Positions 1 through 8,296 are shown, numbered from the stretch's first letter. The stretch is DNA of 64,000 nucleotides from a virus (IMGVR_UViG_3300047091_000002:1-64000); one strand, 5' to 3'. Made by a program: numbers and translations. Notes: generated from the letters alone by a model not told the origin.

Positions 1-231
1 AGCTCCTTCGATGATGAACGAGCGTATAAGAAACTTAAACCACAAGTAGTCGAATTCCTAAAAGAGATGTTCGAGAAAACTCCAAAAAGAAATCTTACAA
101 ATTTTATTGATAATGTATTTATTCCTAAGTGGATGGGATTAATAACGTCAGAACCAAAGAAAACTCCTTACACTGGCATTGCATATGCGGCAGTGGAATA
201 TATTCCGGTAGATGAGGATTTTCCATTCTAA
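1..231 (+). CDS. Partial ORF (5' end outside window) ending in acidic DEDFPF tail; possible single-stranded DNA-binding protein C-terminus
   Basis: Frame 1 is open from base 1 to TAA at 229-231; ...VDEDFPF resembles the SSB C-terminal tip (DDDIPF); TAATG coupling to next gene. Confidence 0.45.
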   Translation, partial: SSFDDERAYKKLKPQVVEFLKEMFEKTPKRNLTNFIDNVFIPKWMGLITSEPKKTPYTGIAYAAVEYIPVDEDFPF

Positions 232-614
232 TGATAGAACAAGAATCCAAAAAAATAGCCGAATATTTAATCTCTTTAGCTAAAGAGATAGGTTCTGAAC
301 CAGTTCGTTTAGCTTGTCGTCAAGTCCTAAAGCAAAGAAATTTAGGATCAGACCCTACTCCTAGAAAGCCAGTGAAAAAGGAATGGACTAAAAAAGCTTG
401 GAAAAAAGCAAGTGGTACTTGTCCTAGATGTAACCTTTATATTAAGGAATCAGAAGCAACGGCAGATCACTTGGTAGCTTTACACGATGGAGGAGAACAC
501 TCGGAAAAGAATTTGCGATTATTATGCAAACGCTGCAATAGTAGTAAAGGCAGTAATTCGTTAATTAAAGAAAGTAAACGATTAGGAAAAACAATTCTTG
601 AACAAATTAGTTAG
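231..614 (+). CDS. HNH endonuclease
   Basis: CPRC...ADHLVALHDGGEHSEKNLRLLCKRCNSSKG: HNH motif with CxxC pairs. Confidence 0.9.
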   Translation: MIEQESKKIAEYLISLAKEIGSEPVRLACRQVLKQRNLGSDPTPRKPVKKEWTKKAWKKASGTCPRCNLYIKESEATADHLVALHDGGEHSEKNLRLLCKRCNSSKGSNSLIKESKRLGKTILEQIS

Positions 615-623
615 GAGAACTAC

Positions 624-779
624 ATGAGAGATAGAGAACAGATCGAGCAAGATAAACTTAGTGCAATGCAGGACTATTCGTACAAACTCGAAAATACGAT
701 ACTTTCAAGATTACAAATTGAACTTCTACTAGATATTAGGCAATTTCTATTAGATATTAAATTTCGTGATGTAGAATGA
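624..779 (+). CDS. Small hypothetical protein (51 aa)
   Basis: AGGAG RBS upstream of ATG 624; open to TGA 779; not in ORF track. Confidence 0.5.
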   Translation: MRDREQIEQDKLSAMQDYSYKLENTILSRLQIELLLDIRQFLLDIKFRDVE

Positions 780-903
780 ATGGCATATGTCCTATATGTG
801 TTCCAGAAAATCTTGATAAATTGCCAGAGATACATATATGGAAATGTTCTGAATGTCGAGAAATCTATATAAAAAGTGATTGCTCGGATGAATGCGAATT
901 AGG

Positions 904-932
904 TTGGCAAAAACAATAATTTATGGTATAAT
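904..932 (+). promoter_or_regulatory. Sigma70-type promoter
   Basis: TTGGCA-N17-TATAAT with extended TG, just upstream of ORF 939. Confidence 0.7.
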
Positions 933-938
933 ATAAAT

Positions 939-1121
939 ATGATAAAAGATGATAAATTTATTAATCACACAGTTAGATTAGATTTTAACGTAGCGGAAGC
1001 AGATTTTAAGGAATTCTATACCACTGGTATAGATGATGTATGTATGCTAGATGCGGCAACAAAACTACTTGCTTGTTATGGAATAACTGGTATAAAAGGA
1101 CTAACGATAAATAAAATATGA
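939..1121 (+). CDS. Hypothetical protein
   Basis: ORF directly downstream of the promoter. Confidence 0.55.
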   Translation: MIKDDKFINHTVRLDFNVAEADFKEFYTTGIDDVCMLDAATKLLACYGITGIKGLTINKI

Positions 1122-1221
1122 TAGAAACAACATTAAAATTTGGAATAATTTTACTTGGTGCTGGAATAGGCATTAAGGGTATTAAAGATTATCTAACCTA
1201 CGAGATTCAGGAATTATTCTA

Positions 1222-1413
1222 ATGAATAGATCACTAGTAGAATTTAAGCAAGGTATGAAACAATTAATGTTGCTTCATAATGTTGAACTTCTTATGTCAA
1301 TGGAATACGTTAGTCCTAATGATAACGAGGCAACTCCTATATACAGATTTTCAATTCCAGGTTTCAAGGATACTTTTGAGATTGATGATCTTATAGAAGA
1401 TTTGGAAATTTAG
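1222..1413 (+). CDS. Hypothetical protein
   Basis: ORF in tightly packed co-oriented run. Confidence 0.55.
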   Translation: MNRSLVEFKQGMKQLMLLHNVELLMSMEYVSPNDNEATPIYRFSIPGFKDTFEIDDLIEDLEI

Positions 1414-1415
1414 AT

Positions 1416-1691
1416 ATGCATAAGTTAGATGGATTAGAACAAATTATTGGTGCTGGCGAGGTAGTTAGAATAGTAGGACTTCCTTTTAAAGAAAGGTTCG
1501 CTAGAAAAGAATCGATACAAGCTCAATACATTCTATTCTCAGATCAAGAAACTATTCTTGAGTTAGAAGAACAGGATTATCGCAGTTACCACGATTGCGC
1601 TAATTACGCTAGAATATTACAAACACATAGAGATAAAGATTTCTGGCAACAACTGAACAATCTTCCTTACAAAGATGCGGAGCATTTTTAG
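1416..1691 (+). CDS. Hypothetical protein
   Basis: ORF in tightly packed co-oriented run. Confidence 0.6.
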   Translation: MHKLDGLEQIIGAGEVVRIVGLPFKERFARKESIQAQYILFSDQETILELEEQDYRSYHDCANYARILQTHRDKDFWQQLNNLPYKDAEHF

Positions 1692-1728
1692 CAAGTTAAT
1701 ATCGAACAAAGGAATACGGTAAAGCAAC

Positions 1729-2346
1729 TTGGAAGAAAATCGAATACTTATATATACTGATGGCTCCTGTTTCCTAAAAAGAAAAGGATTGGGTGGACCA
1801 TCCGGTATAGGAGTAGTATTAATTCAAGGAGAAAATGTTACGGAAATATCTAAATATTTAGGAAACGACTTAACTTGTAATCAGGCAGAACTTTTAGCTA
1901 TAGAAAGGGCTATAGATGAATCTCGTGGTCAAAATATATTGATCTATACGGACTCTAATATCAGTAGAAATTGTATTACTGGAAAATGGAATCCTCGTAA
2001 GAATCTTAATATAATTGGTAGAATAAAAACCAAATTATTGATGAAAATCATGAGGAAAGAATCTGTAGAGATTCGTAGAGTTCCTGCCCATAAAGGTATA
2101 TGGGGTAATGAACGGGCAGACTATTTAGCAAAACAAGGGGCTAAGGGACAATCAATTAAATTTGAGTATAAAAAGGAAATGTTACATGGGAATAAAAGAA
2201 GTAATCGAAGAGTTATCAAAACCTCTTCCAGAAGAAGTAATAAAGCAACGTCCGCAAGGACAGGGCGAGGTAGATTTCTTGGAGTGGACAACTGTAGCCA
2301 GCATGCTGGATCGAATATGTCCAACATGGCAGTGGTTCATTCGTAA
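1729..2346 (+). CDS. rnhA: Ribonuclease HI
   Basis: YTDGSC, NQAELLAI, IYTDS, VPAHKG..GNERADYLAKQGA: the four acidic residues and His of RNase H. Confidence 0.93.
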   Translation: MEENRILIYTDGSCFLKRKGLGGPSGIGVVLIQGENVTEISKYLGNDLTCNQAELLAIERAIDESRGQNILIYTDSNISRNCITGKWNPRKNLNIIGRIKTKLLMKIMRKESVEIRRVPAHKGIWGNERADYLAKQGAKGQSIKFEYKKEMLHGNKRSNRRVIKTSSRRSNKATSARTGRGRFLGVDNCSQHAGSNMSNMAVVHS

Positions 2347-2872
2347 TATAGAGATAATAAAAGATGAAGTGATTGTCACCGGCTCACTGACAATAGATGG
2401 AATTACTCGTGACGGAGTAGGCTCCGAGAAATTAGACACTAAAAGTCAAGCCCCTCCAGTAAAAACTGCCGAACGCGATGCCCTAAAACGAGCAGCTACT
2501 TGGTTTGGAGTTGCAAGAGAACTTTATCATAAAACGGTAGACAAATCCGATATGATATTTCCTCCAAAATCTAAATCAAATCTTCCTACTAGAAATACCG
2601 ATGGTATTTGCGAAAAAGTCCCGGCAAGTGTTATTAGTAAAGAGGAGAAAAGTAATTATACTGCCCTTCTTTTTGCAGTAAATGGAATTAAATTTCCTAT
2701 CAAGGTATTTGTAGGAGGAAAGAATAATCCTACTACAGAAGAAGTAGCAGATGATCTTAATATTCCTGACGGACAGGGGTTTCCTTGGCAATGTCTGGTA
2801 GATGTTAAACCTAGAGATACTGATGTAGGACATAAATACGATACTATAGTTAAATTCTATCCTGCTGACTAA
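2186..2872 (+). CDS. Rad52/22-family (Sak-like) single-strand annealing protein
   Basis: LSKP...IKQRP...LDRI...GVG...KTAERDALKRAATWFGVARELY; start taken at ATG 2186 after AAGGAA. Confidence 0.85.
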   Translation: MGIKEVIEELSKPLPEEVIKQRPQGQGEVDFLEWTTVASMLDRICPTWQWFIRNIEIIKDEVIVTGSLTIDGITRDGVGSEKLDTKSQAPPVKTAERDALKRAATWFGVARELYHKTVDKSDMIFPPKSKSNLPTRNTDGICEKVPASVISKEEKSNYTALLFAVNGIKFPIKVFVGGKNNPTTEEVADDLNIPDGQGFPWQCLVDVKPRDTDVGHKYDTIVKFYPAD

Positions 2873-2877
2873 TTTAG

Positions 2878-2961
2878 TCAGCGAAAGGGAAGGCGGGACT
2901 GATTCAACATAGTTGCTTGCGACCCCCGCAGTAGTGATCTTGCTTAGATCAGTCTCGCTGA
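2878..2961. ncRNA. Candidate structured RNA element in an intergenic gap
   Basis: TCAGCGA/TCGCTGA and GACTGAT/ATCAGTC nested 7-bp stems plus internal hairpins; GC-rich against an AT-rich background. Confidence 0.4.
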
Positions 2962-2975
2962 TTTTAAACTACTAT

Positions 2976-3278
2976 ATGAAAGTTTTATTGAATCTAATCA
3001 CATTTATATATGACCAATTTATTATACTAGGCTTTATAATTGTAGTATCAACCTTTGGTGCCTTTGCTTACTGCCAAACAAACTGGCAAAGAGAACATCC
3101 AAAACCAACGCCGCTATATTATCATTATCAAATAATACAGGATAAACTTACAGGACAAAAAGGTAGAATAGTCAATATTCAATGTAACTTCGGGGACGAG
3201 TTTTGCAAATACTGTATTGATTCAGGCTTCCAATCTCCTAAATGGGTATGGGAAAATACTATTGAGGCGATACGATGA
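2976..3278 (+). CDS. Hypothetical membrane protein
   Basis: N-terminal hydrophobic helix; start at ATG 2976 preferred. Confidence 0.6.
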   Translation: MKVLLNLITFIYDQFIILGFIIVVSTFGAFAYCQTNWQREHPKPTPLYYHYQIIQDKLTGQKGRIVNIQCNFGDEFCKYCIDSGFQSPKWVWENTIEAIR

Positions 3279-3754
3279 AAAAACATTATTTTTTAGGCAT
3301 TGATCCCGGTAAAACCGGCGCTGTAGCGGTTATAAATTCTTCTAAAATTATATGGATATACGATATGCCAATAACTGATGGTGATTTAGATGGAAAAAGG
3401 TTGGCAGAGTTTATAAAAACCATACGATACGATCACTTCCCATATATAAATTATGGTATAGAATATGTTCATTCCATGCCTAAACAAGGTGTAGCAAGCA
3501 CCTTTAATTTTGGAAAGAATTACGGTATTTGTTTAGGTATATTAAACGCATTTAAATGCAACTATGATTTAGTTTCTCCGCAAAAATGGAAGAAGTATTT
3601 TAATATTCCTCCAAAATCTGATAAATCTATTACCTTAGACATAGCAAAAAAACTTTATCCGCAGTCTATTGATTATTTTCTAAGAAAGAAAGATCATAAT
3701 AGAGCAGATGCAATCTTAATTGCAACTTATTTACGAGATACCTATAGTAAATAG
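3275..3754 (+). CDS. RuvC-like Holliday junction resolvase (phage type)
   Basis: LGIDPGKTGAVA, IEYVHSMPKQGVASTFNFG, PQKWKK, DHNRADAILIA. Confidence 0.88.
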   Translation: MKKHYFLGIDPGKTGAVAVINSSKIIWIYDMPITDGDLDGKRLAEFIKTIRYDHFPYINYGIEYVHSMPKQGVASTFNFGKNYGICLGILNAFKCNYDLVSPQKWKKYFNIPPKSDKSITLDIAKKLYPQSIDYFLRKKDHNRADAILIATYLRDTYSK

Positions 3755-3961
3755 GTAAAAGAAAGTGGGAGTTCGATTCTCCATCGCTCATCGAGGACTG
3801 GCGTGAAGGGAGTTGGGTTCAATTTCCCAATGATATGTGTTTTGGACAATAATCCGAAACTAACTCTGGTATAGACAAATGATGCGGGCGATCCCACCCG
3901 TTAAAGTATAGGCGGAATCTTATACAGGGGATAATATCAATAGTATAAAGGAATTAATAAT

Positions 3962-4183
3962 ATGAAAAAACAATTCAAACGAATATTTATAGTTGGTCCT
4001 TCTCACGGTGATTGGGAAAATGCTATGGAATATTGGGACATTTGCGGTACTAATGATACTAAAACACCACTATTAGATATATATCTCAAAGATGATTATG
4101 TATTCATAGATGTAAAATTTACTAAAAAATCTGCAATAGAGAGGGCTAAGGAGCTTGGATGTTTACGTCCTACAATATTATGA
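3962..4183 (+). CDS. Hypothetical protein
   Basis: ORF with AAGGA RBS. Confidence 0.55.
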   Translation: MKKQFKRIFIVGPSHGDWENAMEYWDICGTNDTKTPLLDIYLKDDYVFIDVKFTKKSAIERAKELGCLRPTIL

Positions 4184-4530
4184 AAATATATAAATTGCCA
4201 AAAATATGGAATTACTATAACTATTCCTCTGAAAACTATGGCGTAAACGCTATGGCAATGTCCATAGGACCGCTGATTCTCTACTTTTCATATGAAACTG
4301 TAATAGGAATTTCCTATAAAGGAAAAGAATTCTACTCGGAAAATTGTTGGGGAATGACTACTGGAAAACATCTTAATCAACTTTGTCCTGATAAGAAATC
4401 CAGACTTCTTAGAATCGAATTCGAGCAGAAATTGAATCAAATAACATCTGAATTATTTAAGGAAGAGAAAGAACAACAAATTCTTGAATTTCCTATAGAA
4501 CAGGATATAATTGATTATTATGAAACTTAA
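4180..4530 (+). CDS. Conserved-looking phage hypothetical protein
   Basis: FSYETVIG...WGMTTGKHLN pattern recalled from small phage proteins; start at ATG 4180. Confidence 0.55.
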   Translation: MKIYKLPKIWNYYNYSSENYGVNAMAMSIGPLILYFSYETVIGISYKGKEFYSENCWGMTTGKHLNQLCPDKKSRLLRIEFEQKLNQITSELFKEEKEQQILEFPIEQDIIDYYET

Positions 4531-4673
4531 CATCTATATAGACAACAATGAATTAGATCCAATAGATGACAGGGAAGCCGATTTTGCAAATTATGTAAGG
4601 TTTATCGCCGACCTCATTTCAAGTGGATACACCTCTGGAGAAGGATGGAATCTAGAAGAGAATTAAGTTTAAT

Positions 4674-5018
4674 ATGAAGATAATACTCGCGGGAAGCAGG
4701 TCAATCATTGATCGTAAGCACGTAGTAAAAGTCATAATAAAGGCAGACTGGCATATTACAGAAGTTGTATCTGGAGGAGCAAAAGGAGTAGATACACTTG
4801 GGGAAGATTGGGCAAAGATTAATGAGATTCCGATAAAGTGCTTTCCAGCAGAATGGTCGAAGTATGGTAAAAGTGCTGGCTATAAACGAAATGAGCAGAT
4901 GGCAGATTATGCGGAGGCTCTTATAGCGATTTGGGACGGAAAAAGTAGAGGAACTTTTCACATGATAAACATTGCCCGAAAGAAGAAATTAAGAGTTTGT
5001 GTTTATATAGTTGATTAA
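4674..5018 (+). CDS. SLOG-family protein (YspA/DUF2493-like)
   Basis: IILAGSR, VVSGGAKGVDTLGEDWA, FPAEWSKYGKSAGYKRNEQMA, AIWDGKSRGTFHMI. Confidence 0.88.
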   Translation: MKIILAGSRSIIDRKHVVKVIIKADWHITEVVSGGAKGVDTLGEDWAKINEIPIKCFPAEWSKYGKSAGYKRNEQMADYAEALIAIWDGKSRGTFHMINIARKKKLRVCVYIVD

Positions 5019-5027
5019 AATAGTTAT

Positions 5028-5148
5028 GGAGTTGGGTACTGATCAGAGGTTAGATCACCGGAGGCATCCGGGCTGGGAACGATTCGATTCCGTCGCCCTT
5101 TCGGTAAAGGCTGGCAAAGTCGCAGGTTCAAATCCTGCCCCAACTCCA
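5028..5148 (+). ncRNA. Atypical tRNA-like RNA (121 nt)
   Basis: 9-bp terminal stem GGAGTTGGG/CCCAACTCC; D-like arm TGATC-AGAGGTTA-GATCA; perfect T-arm GCAGG-TTCAAAT-CCTGC; no 7-nt anticodon loop; ~50-nt extra region. Confidence 0.65.
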
Positions 5149-5158
5149 ATCAGCTTAT

Positions 5159-5274
5159 GGCTGTGGCGGTACGAAAAACGTAACGGGCGCTCGAACAATA
5201 TCGGGAATGTCGAAAGACTATACGTGATGTAATCCGACGTTGAATCCCTTTTAGGATATAAGCTACAGCCTCCA
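5159..5274 (+). ncRNA. Second structured RNA with acceptor-like stem and encoded CCA
   Basis: GGCTGTGGC/GCTACAGCC stem followed by T-CCA; internal hairpins including GTC-GAAA-GAC. Confidence 0.45.
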
Positions 5275-5444
5275 AGTAAATGCCTATAATTTTTGTAGAA
5301 CGTACTGAGAAAAGATTGCTGGTTCAAGGAATTCTTAAAAGAAATCCTGATCCTAATCTCCTCTTTTGTATACGATATACTACAAAGGCATACGTAAGAA
5401 TCTTAAAAGATGGTAGATATGAATTATTGGCAGAGGTAGATTAA

Positions 5445-5696
5445 ATGGAATCAAAATATTGTAAAAAATGTAACTCTAATACTAAAGATTTATATTATGT
5501 ATACGATCCAACGGATGGTGATATTTGCATAGGTGTATGCGAATCATGTAGAGATTTTGTTATATCGGAACGACACCGACGTAAAAACTGCTCTTGGTGT
5601 GGTAAGCCAAAAACTGAACATTACGGCTTTGGGCGTTGCAGATTTTATAGAAAAGCTGTAACAGGAGGTCCAGACTTTGAACGTGGTTGGCGATGA
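5445..5696 (+). CDS. Cys-rich (Zn-finger-like) hypothetical protein
   Basis: CKKC, CESC and CSWC pairs; GAGGT RBS. Confidence 0.6.
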   Translation: MESKYCKKCNSNTKDLYYVYDPTDGDICIGVCESCRDFVISERHRRKNCSWCGKPKTEHYGFGRCRFYRKAVTGGPDFERGWR

Positions 5697-5860
5697 TGTG
5701 ACAGGTAAGTGAAAGTTCTGTAGTAATATTTCTGAAAATCTTTCTAGATGTACAGAAGCATGCGTAGATTGTCTTAATAAATGGAAAGAAGATGCTAAGA
5801 TTAATAATTCTATCTTAGATAACTTAAATAATTTAATGGATAAAATATTGGAGAAATTAA

Positions 5861-6046
5861 ATGAAAGATAAACATGCCTTAACTATAGCGGCTGCAATAC
5901 TTATGCAACCTATTCTACAGCGAGCGGCAGAGGGCGATGAAACTTGTAGATATGATATAGTTACCGGAGTTGCAGAAAATAATTGTATCAAAATTGCTTG
6001 TGATATTATGCATGAAATTATAAATCATTGCGGAGAAACCGACTAA
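5861..6046 (+). CDS. Hypothetical protein
   Basis: GGAG RBS; coupled to next ORF. Confidence 0.55.
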   Translation: MKDKHALTIAAAILMQPILQRAAEGDETCRYDIVTGVAENNCIKIACDIMHEIINHCGETD

Positions 6047-6240
6047 TGATAAGAGATATTTGTTTTACAGATGAGGAAATACAAGTATTAGAGTTCTTCA
6101 TTAATTCTGGGATTGCTCCCAATAATCAAACTTGGCCGGAATATTTTGCAGAGAATAACTTGTCAATGGATGATTTAGCCACCGCCAGAGATAAAATTCT
6201 TGATGTAATTATAAAAGAGGATTATATATGGCGGGAATAA
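6046..6240 (+). CDS. Hypothetical protein abutting the TnpB insertion
   Basis: TAATG coupling at 6046; stop lies at the left junction. Confidence 0.55.
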   Translation: MIRDICFTDEEIQVLEFFINSGIAPNNQTWPEYFAENNLSMDDLATARDKILDVIIKEDYIWRE

Positions 6241-6243
6241 TGT

Positions 6244-6272
6244 TTGAAATCATGTCCCCCATGTGATAATAT
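6244..6272 (+). promoter_or_regulatory. Putative tnpB promoter
   Basis: TTGAAA-N17-TAATAT just upstream of ATG 6279. Confidence 0.4.
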
Positions 6273-6278
6273 ATTTTT

Positions 6279-7385
6279 ATGCGGGCATACAAATTCAAGA
6301 TTCGTAATCCATCTAGAAAAATAGTTCAAAAATTTGAATTCACCCTCGATATATGCCGCGAACTTTATAACGCCGCGCTTCAAGAAAGGCGCGATGCTTA
6401 CAGACAAGCGAGAAGTCATATCAATTACTATGACCAGTCTCGACAGTTGAAAGAGATTCGGTGTATACGAGAAGACTTCGCTTGTGTACACGCTCAGATT
6501 TCACAGGATGTTTTGCGAAGGGTAGATAAAACATTTAAAAGTTTCTTTTCGAGACTTAGAAAAAGTGGAAAATTTGGGTATCCACGATTTAAAAGCAGAC
6601 TTCGATTTAACTCCTTTACATATCCTCAACATGGATTTAGGCTTATAGATAATAAATTAACTCTCTCAAAAATAGGCTCCTGTCGCATTCATCTTAGTCG
6701 AGAAATGATGGGTAAAGTTAAGACCTGCACCATAAAGAAACAAGTGGATGGATGGTTTGTAATTTTTGTAGTAGAGGAAACCAGTTCTCCTTATTTCCCC
6801 AAGACTAGGAATTCAGCAGGTATTGATCTTGGAGTAGAAAATTTTGTAACACTTTCTACCGGCGAAGTGATAGAAAACCCGAAATTCTTTCATAGGGTTG
6901 AACGAGATTTAAAAATTCAGCAACGTAAGGTCAGTAAAAAGAAGTTGCATGGCTCTAATTGGAAGAAGGCAGTTATCCTACTTAGTAAAAAACACTTAAA
7001 AGTTCATAACCAACGTCGAGATTTCTTTCATAAGTTGAGCCTTCAATTAATCAAGGAATTTGATGAGATAGCAGTTGAGAATTTAAACATTGCCGGAATG
7101 GTTAGGAACCATCATCTAGCAAAAAGTATTAGTGATGTGAGTTGGGGTACATTCCTCCAAATACTTACCTTCAAGGCTGAAAGTGCCGGTAGGAAAGTCT
7201 GGAAAGTCCCCTCCCAATATACATCGCAAGATTGTAGCAAGTGTGGCAATAGAGTACGAAAATCTCTTTCCGAGCGAGAACATTCTTGTTTGAACTGCGG
7301 TTACGTTACTCATCGTGACCATAATGCTGCTCAAAACATACTGGCTCGGACAGCGCCAGTGGCGAGACTTAACGAGGTGATTTGA
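6279..7385 (+). CDS. tnpB: TnpB RNA-guided endonuclease
   Basis: HTH start (YKFKIR...CRELYNAAL), GYPRFKS, RuvC residues GIDLG / VENL / RDHNAA all intact, Zn finger CSKC..CLNC. Confidence 0.96.
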   Translation: MRAYKFKIRNPSRKIVQKFEFTLDICRELYNAALQERRDAYRQARSHINYYDQSRQLKEIRCIREDFACVHAQISQDVLRRVDKTFKSFFSRLRKSGKFGYPRFKSRLRFNSFTYPQHGFRLIDNKLTLSKIGSCRIHLSREMMGKVKTCTIKKQVDGWFVIFVVEETSSPYFPKTRNSAGIDLGVENFVTLSTGEVIENPKFFHRVERDLKIQQRKVSKKKLHGSNWKKAVILLSKKHLKVHNQRRDFFHKLSLQLIKEFDEIAVENLNIAGMVRNHHLAKSISDVSWGTFLQILTFKAESAGRKVWKVPSQYTSQDCSKCGNRVRKSLSEREHSCLNCGYVTHRDHNAAQNILARTAPVARLNEVI

Positions 7386-7630
7386 TGACCCAAGAATTTT
7401 CAAAAATGGAAAGTGTCAAGGCGGGAATAGATTGGAACGAATTAGCTAGACAGGCATATACTACCTATTCTATATCAACTGGTAACAAAAACTTTTTGGG
7501 TAAACAAATGCCCTATTTCGATGATTTATCTGCTGAACAGATAGATACTTGGGGAATAGCTGCAAGAAGGGCAATATTTGTATATAAAGAACAGTTAGAG
7601 ATAATAGATATTAAGTCTAGGATGCCTTGA
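7385..7630 (+). CDS. Hypothetical protein whose N-terminus is supplied by the TnpB element end
   Basis: TGATG coupling with tnpB stop; GAGGTG RBS; reads through the right junction into AGIDWNELARQ. Confidence 0.6.
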   Translation: MTQEFSKMESVKAGIDWNELARQAYTTYSISTGNKNFLGKQMPYFDDLSAEQIDTWGIAARRAIFVYKEQLEIIDIKSRMP

Positions 7631-7912
7631 ATTTAATGTTAGCCAAATTGTTCCAAACTCGATCTCTCATAGGTGTAATATGGATACAATTCAATGGACG
7701 ATTTTAATTATTTGTTTCGTTACCGTTGTTGCATGCTTCTTCCTATGCCGCTTGCACACTGATATAGCAGAATGACAGTCAAAACGCAATAAGAAAGCCT
7801 GAAAGCAAAAAAGCGACTTTAGGTGCAAAGCCAGTCTAGGATAACAAAATATGGAAAATATAAATAATTATCCCCAGGCAATTATTATAGTTGCTGTGGC
7901 ATTCTGTATAGC

Positions 7913-8116
7913 ATGGATACTAACAACTCTACTCAAACAACTTACCGAATAATTGCTCCTCATTTCTGTGCTGGTGTAATTATTAAAGGTGGAAGAGTTA
8001 TAAAAACGGCTCCGATTCTTAAATATATGTATAACTGGAGCTTATTTGATATTCAATCGTATTGCGATAAGAAGAATTGGAAAATGGAGATACTAAATGA
8101 CATGTACAAGTTGTAA
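7913..8116 (+). CDS. Hypothetical phage protein
   Basis: APHFCAG...APIL pattern recalled from small phage proteins; start uncertain. Confidence 0.55.
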   Translation: MDTNNSTQTTYRIIAPHFCAGVIIKGGRVIKTAPILKYMYNWSLFDIQSYCDKKNWKMEILNDMYKL

Positions 8117-8267
8117 GGTTGGAGAATCTTTTTTTCTCTAATAGAAACTAATGACGATTATCAAGATGGTTATGTAGAATGTAATAATTGTGGGGAACAG
8201 GTAGCATCATTCGATTTTAGAGTTTTTTTAGATTTTGAAGATCCGAGAATAGATTAGCATTTTTCTC

Positions 8268-8296
8268 TTGACAAAACTCGTACCATCTGTTAAAAT
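8268..8296 (+). promoter_or_regulatory. Sigma70-type promoter
   Basis: TTGACA-N17-TAAAAT upstream of ORF 8304. Confidence 0.75.

Larger units (their letters stand above)
6240..7419 (+). mobile_element. Solo tnpB (IS200/IS605-like, non-autonomous) insertion flanked by a 10-bp direct repeat
   Basis: GGCGGGAATA at 6230-6239 and 7420-7429; right end ...GTGTCAA at 7413-7419; no tnpA in window. Confidence 0.75.

Noticed and set aside
5028-5148. Canonical tRNA-Met(CAT), tRNA-Sec or tmRNA
   Set aside because: CAT is not in a 7-nt loop, there is no UCA anticodon, and there is no G3:U70 pair or tag reading frame
5011-5327. ORFs 5011..5232 (+) and 5055..5327 (-)
   Set aside because: They overlap the structured RNAs, lack convincing RBS or composition, and are probably spurious
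7775-7850. c-di-GMP-I riboswitch-like words (GAAA, GCAAAGCC)
   Set aside because: The required P1/P2 helices could not be built convincingly
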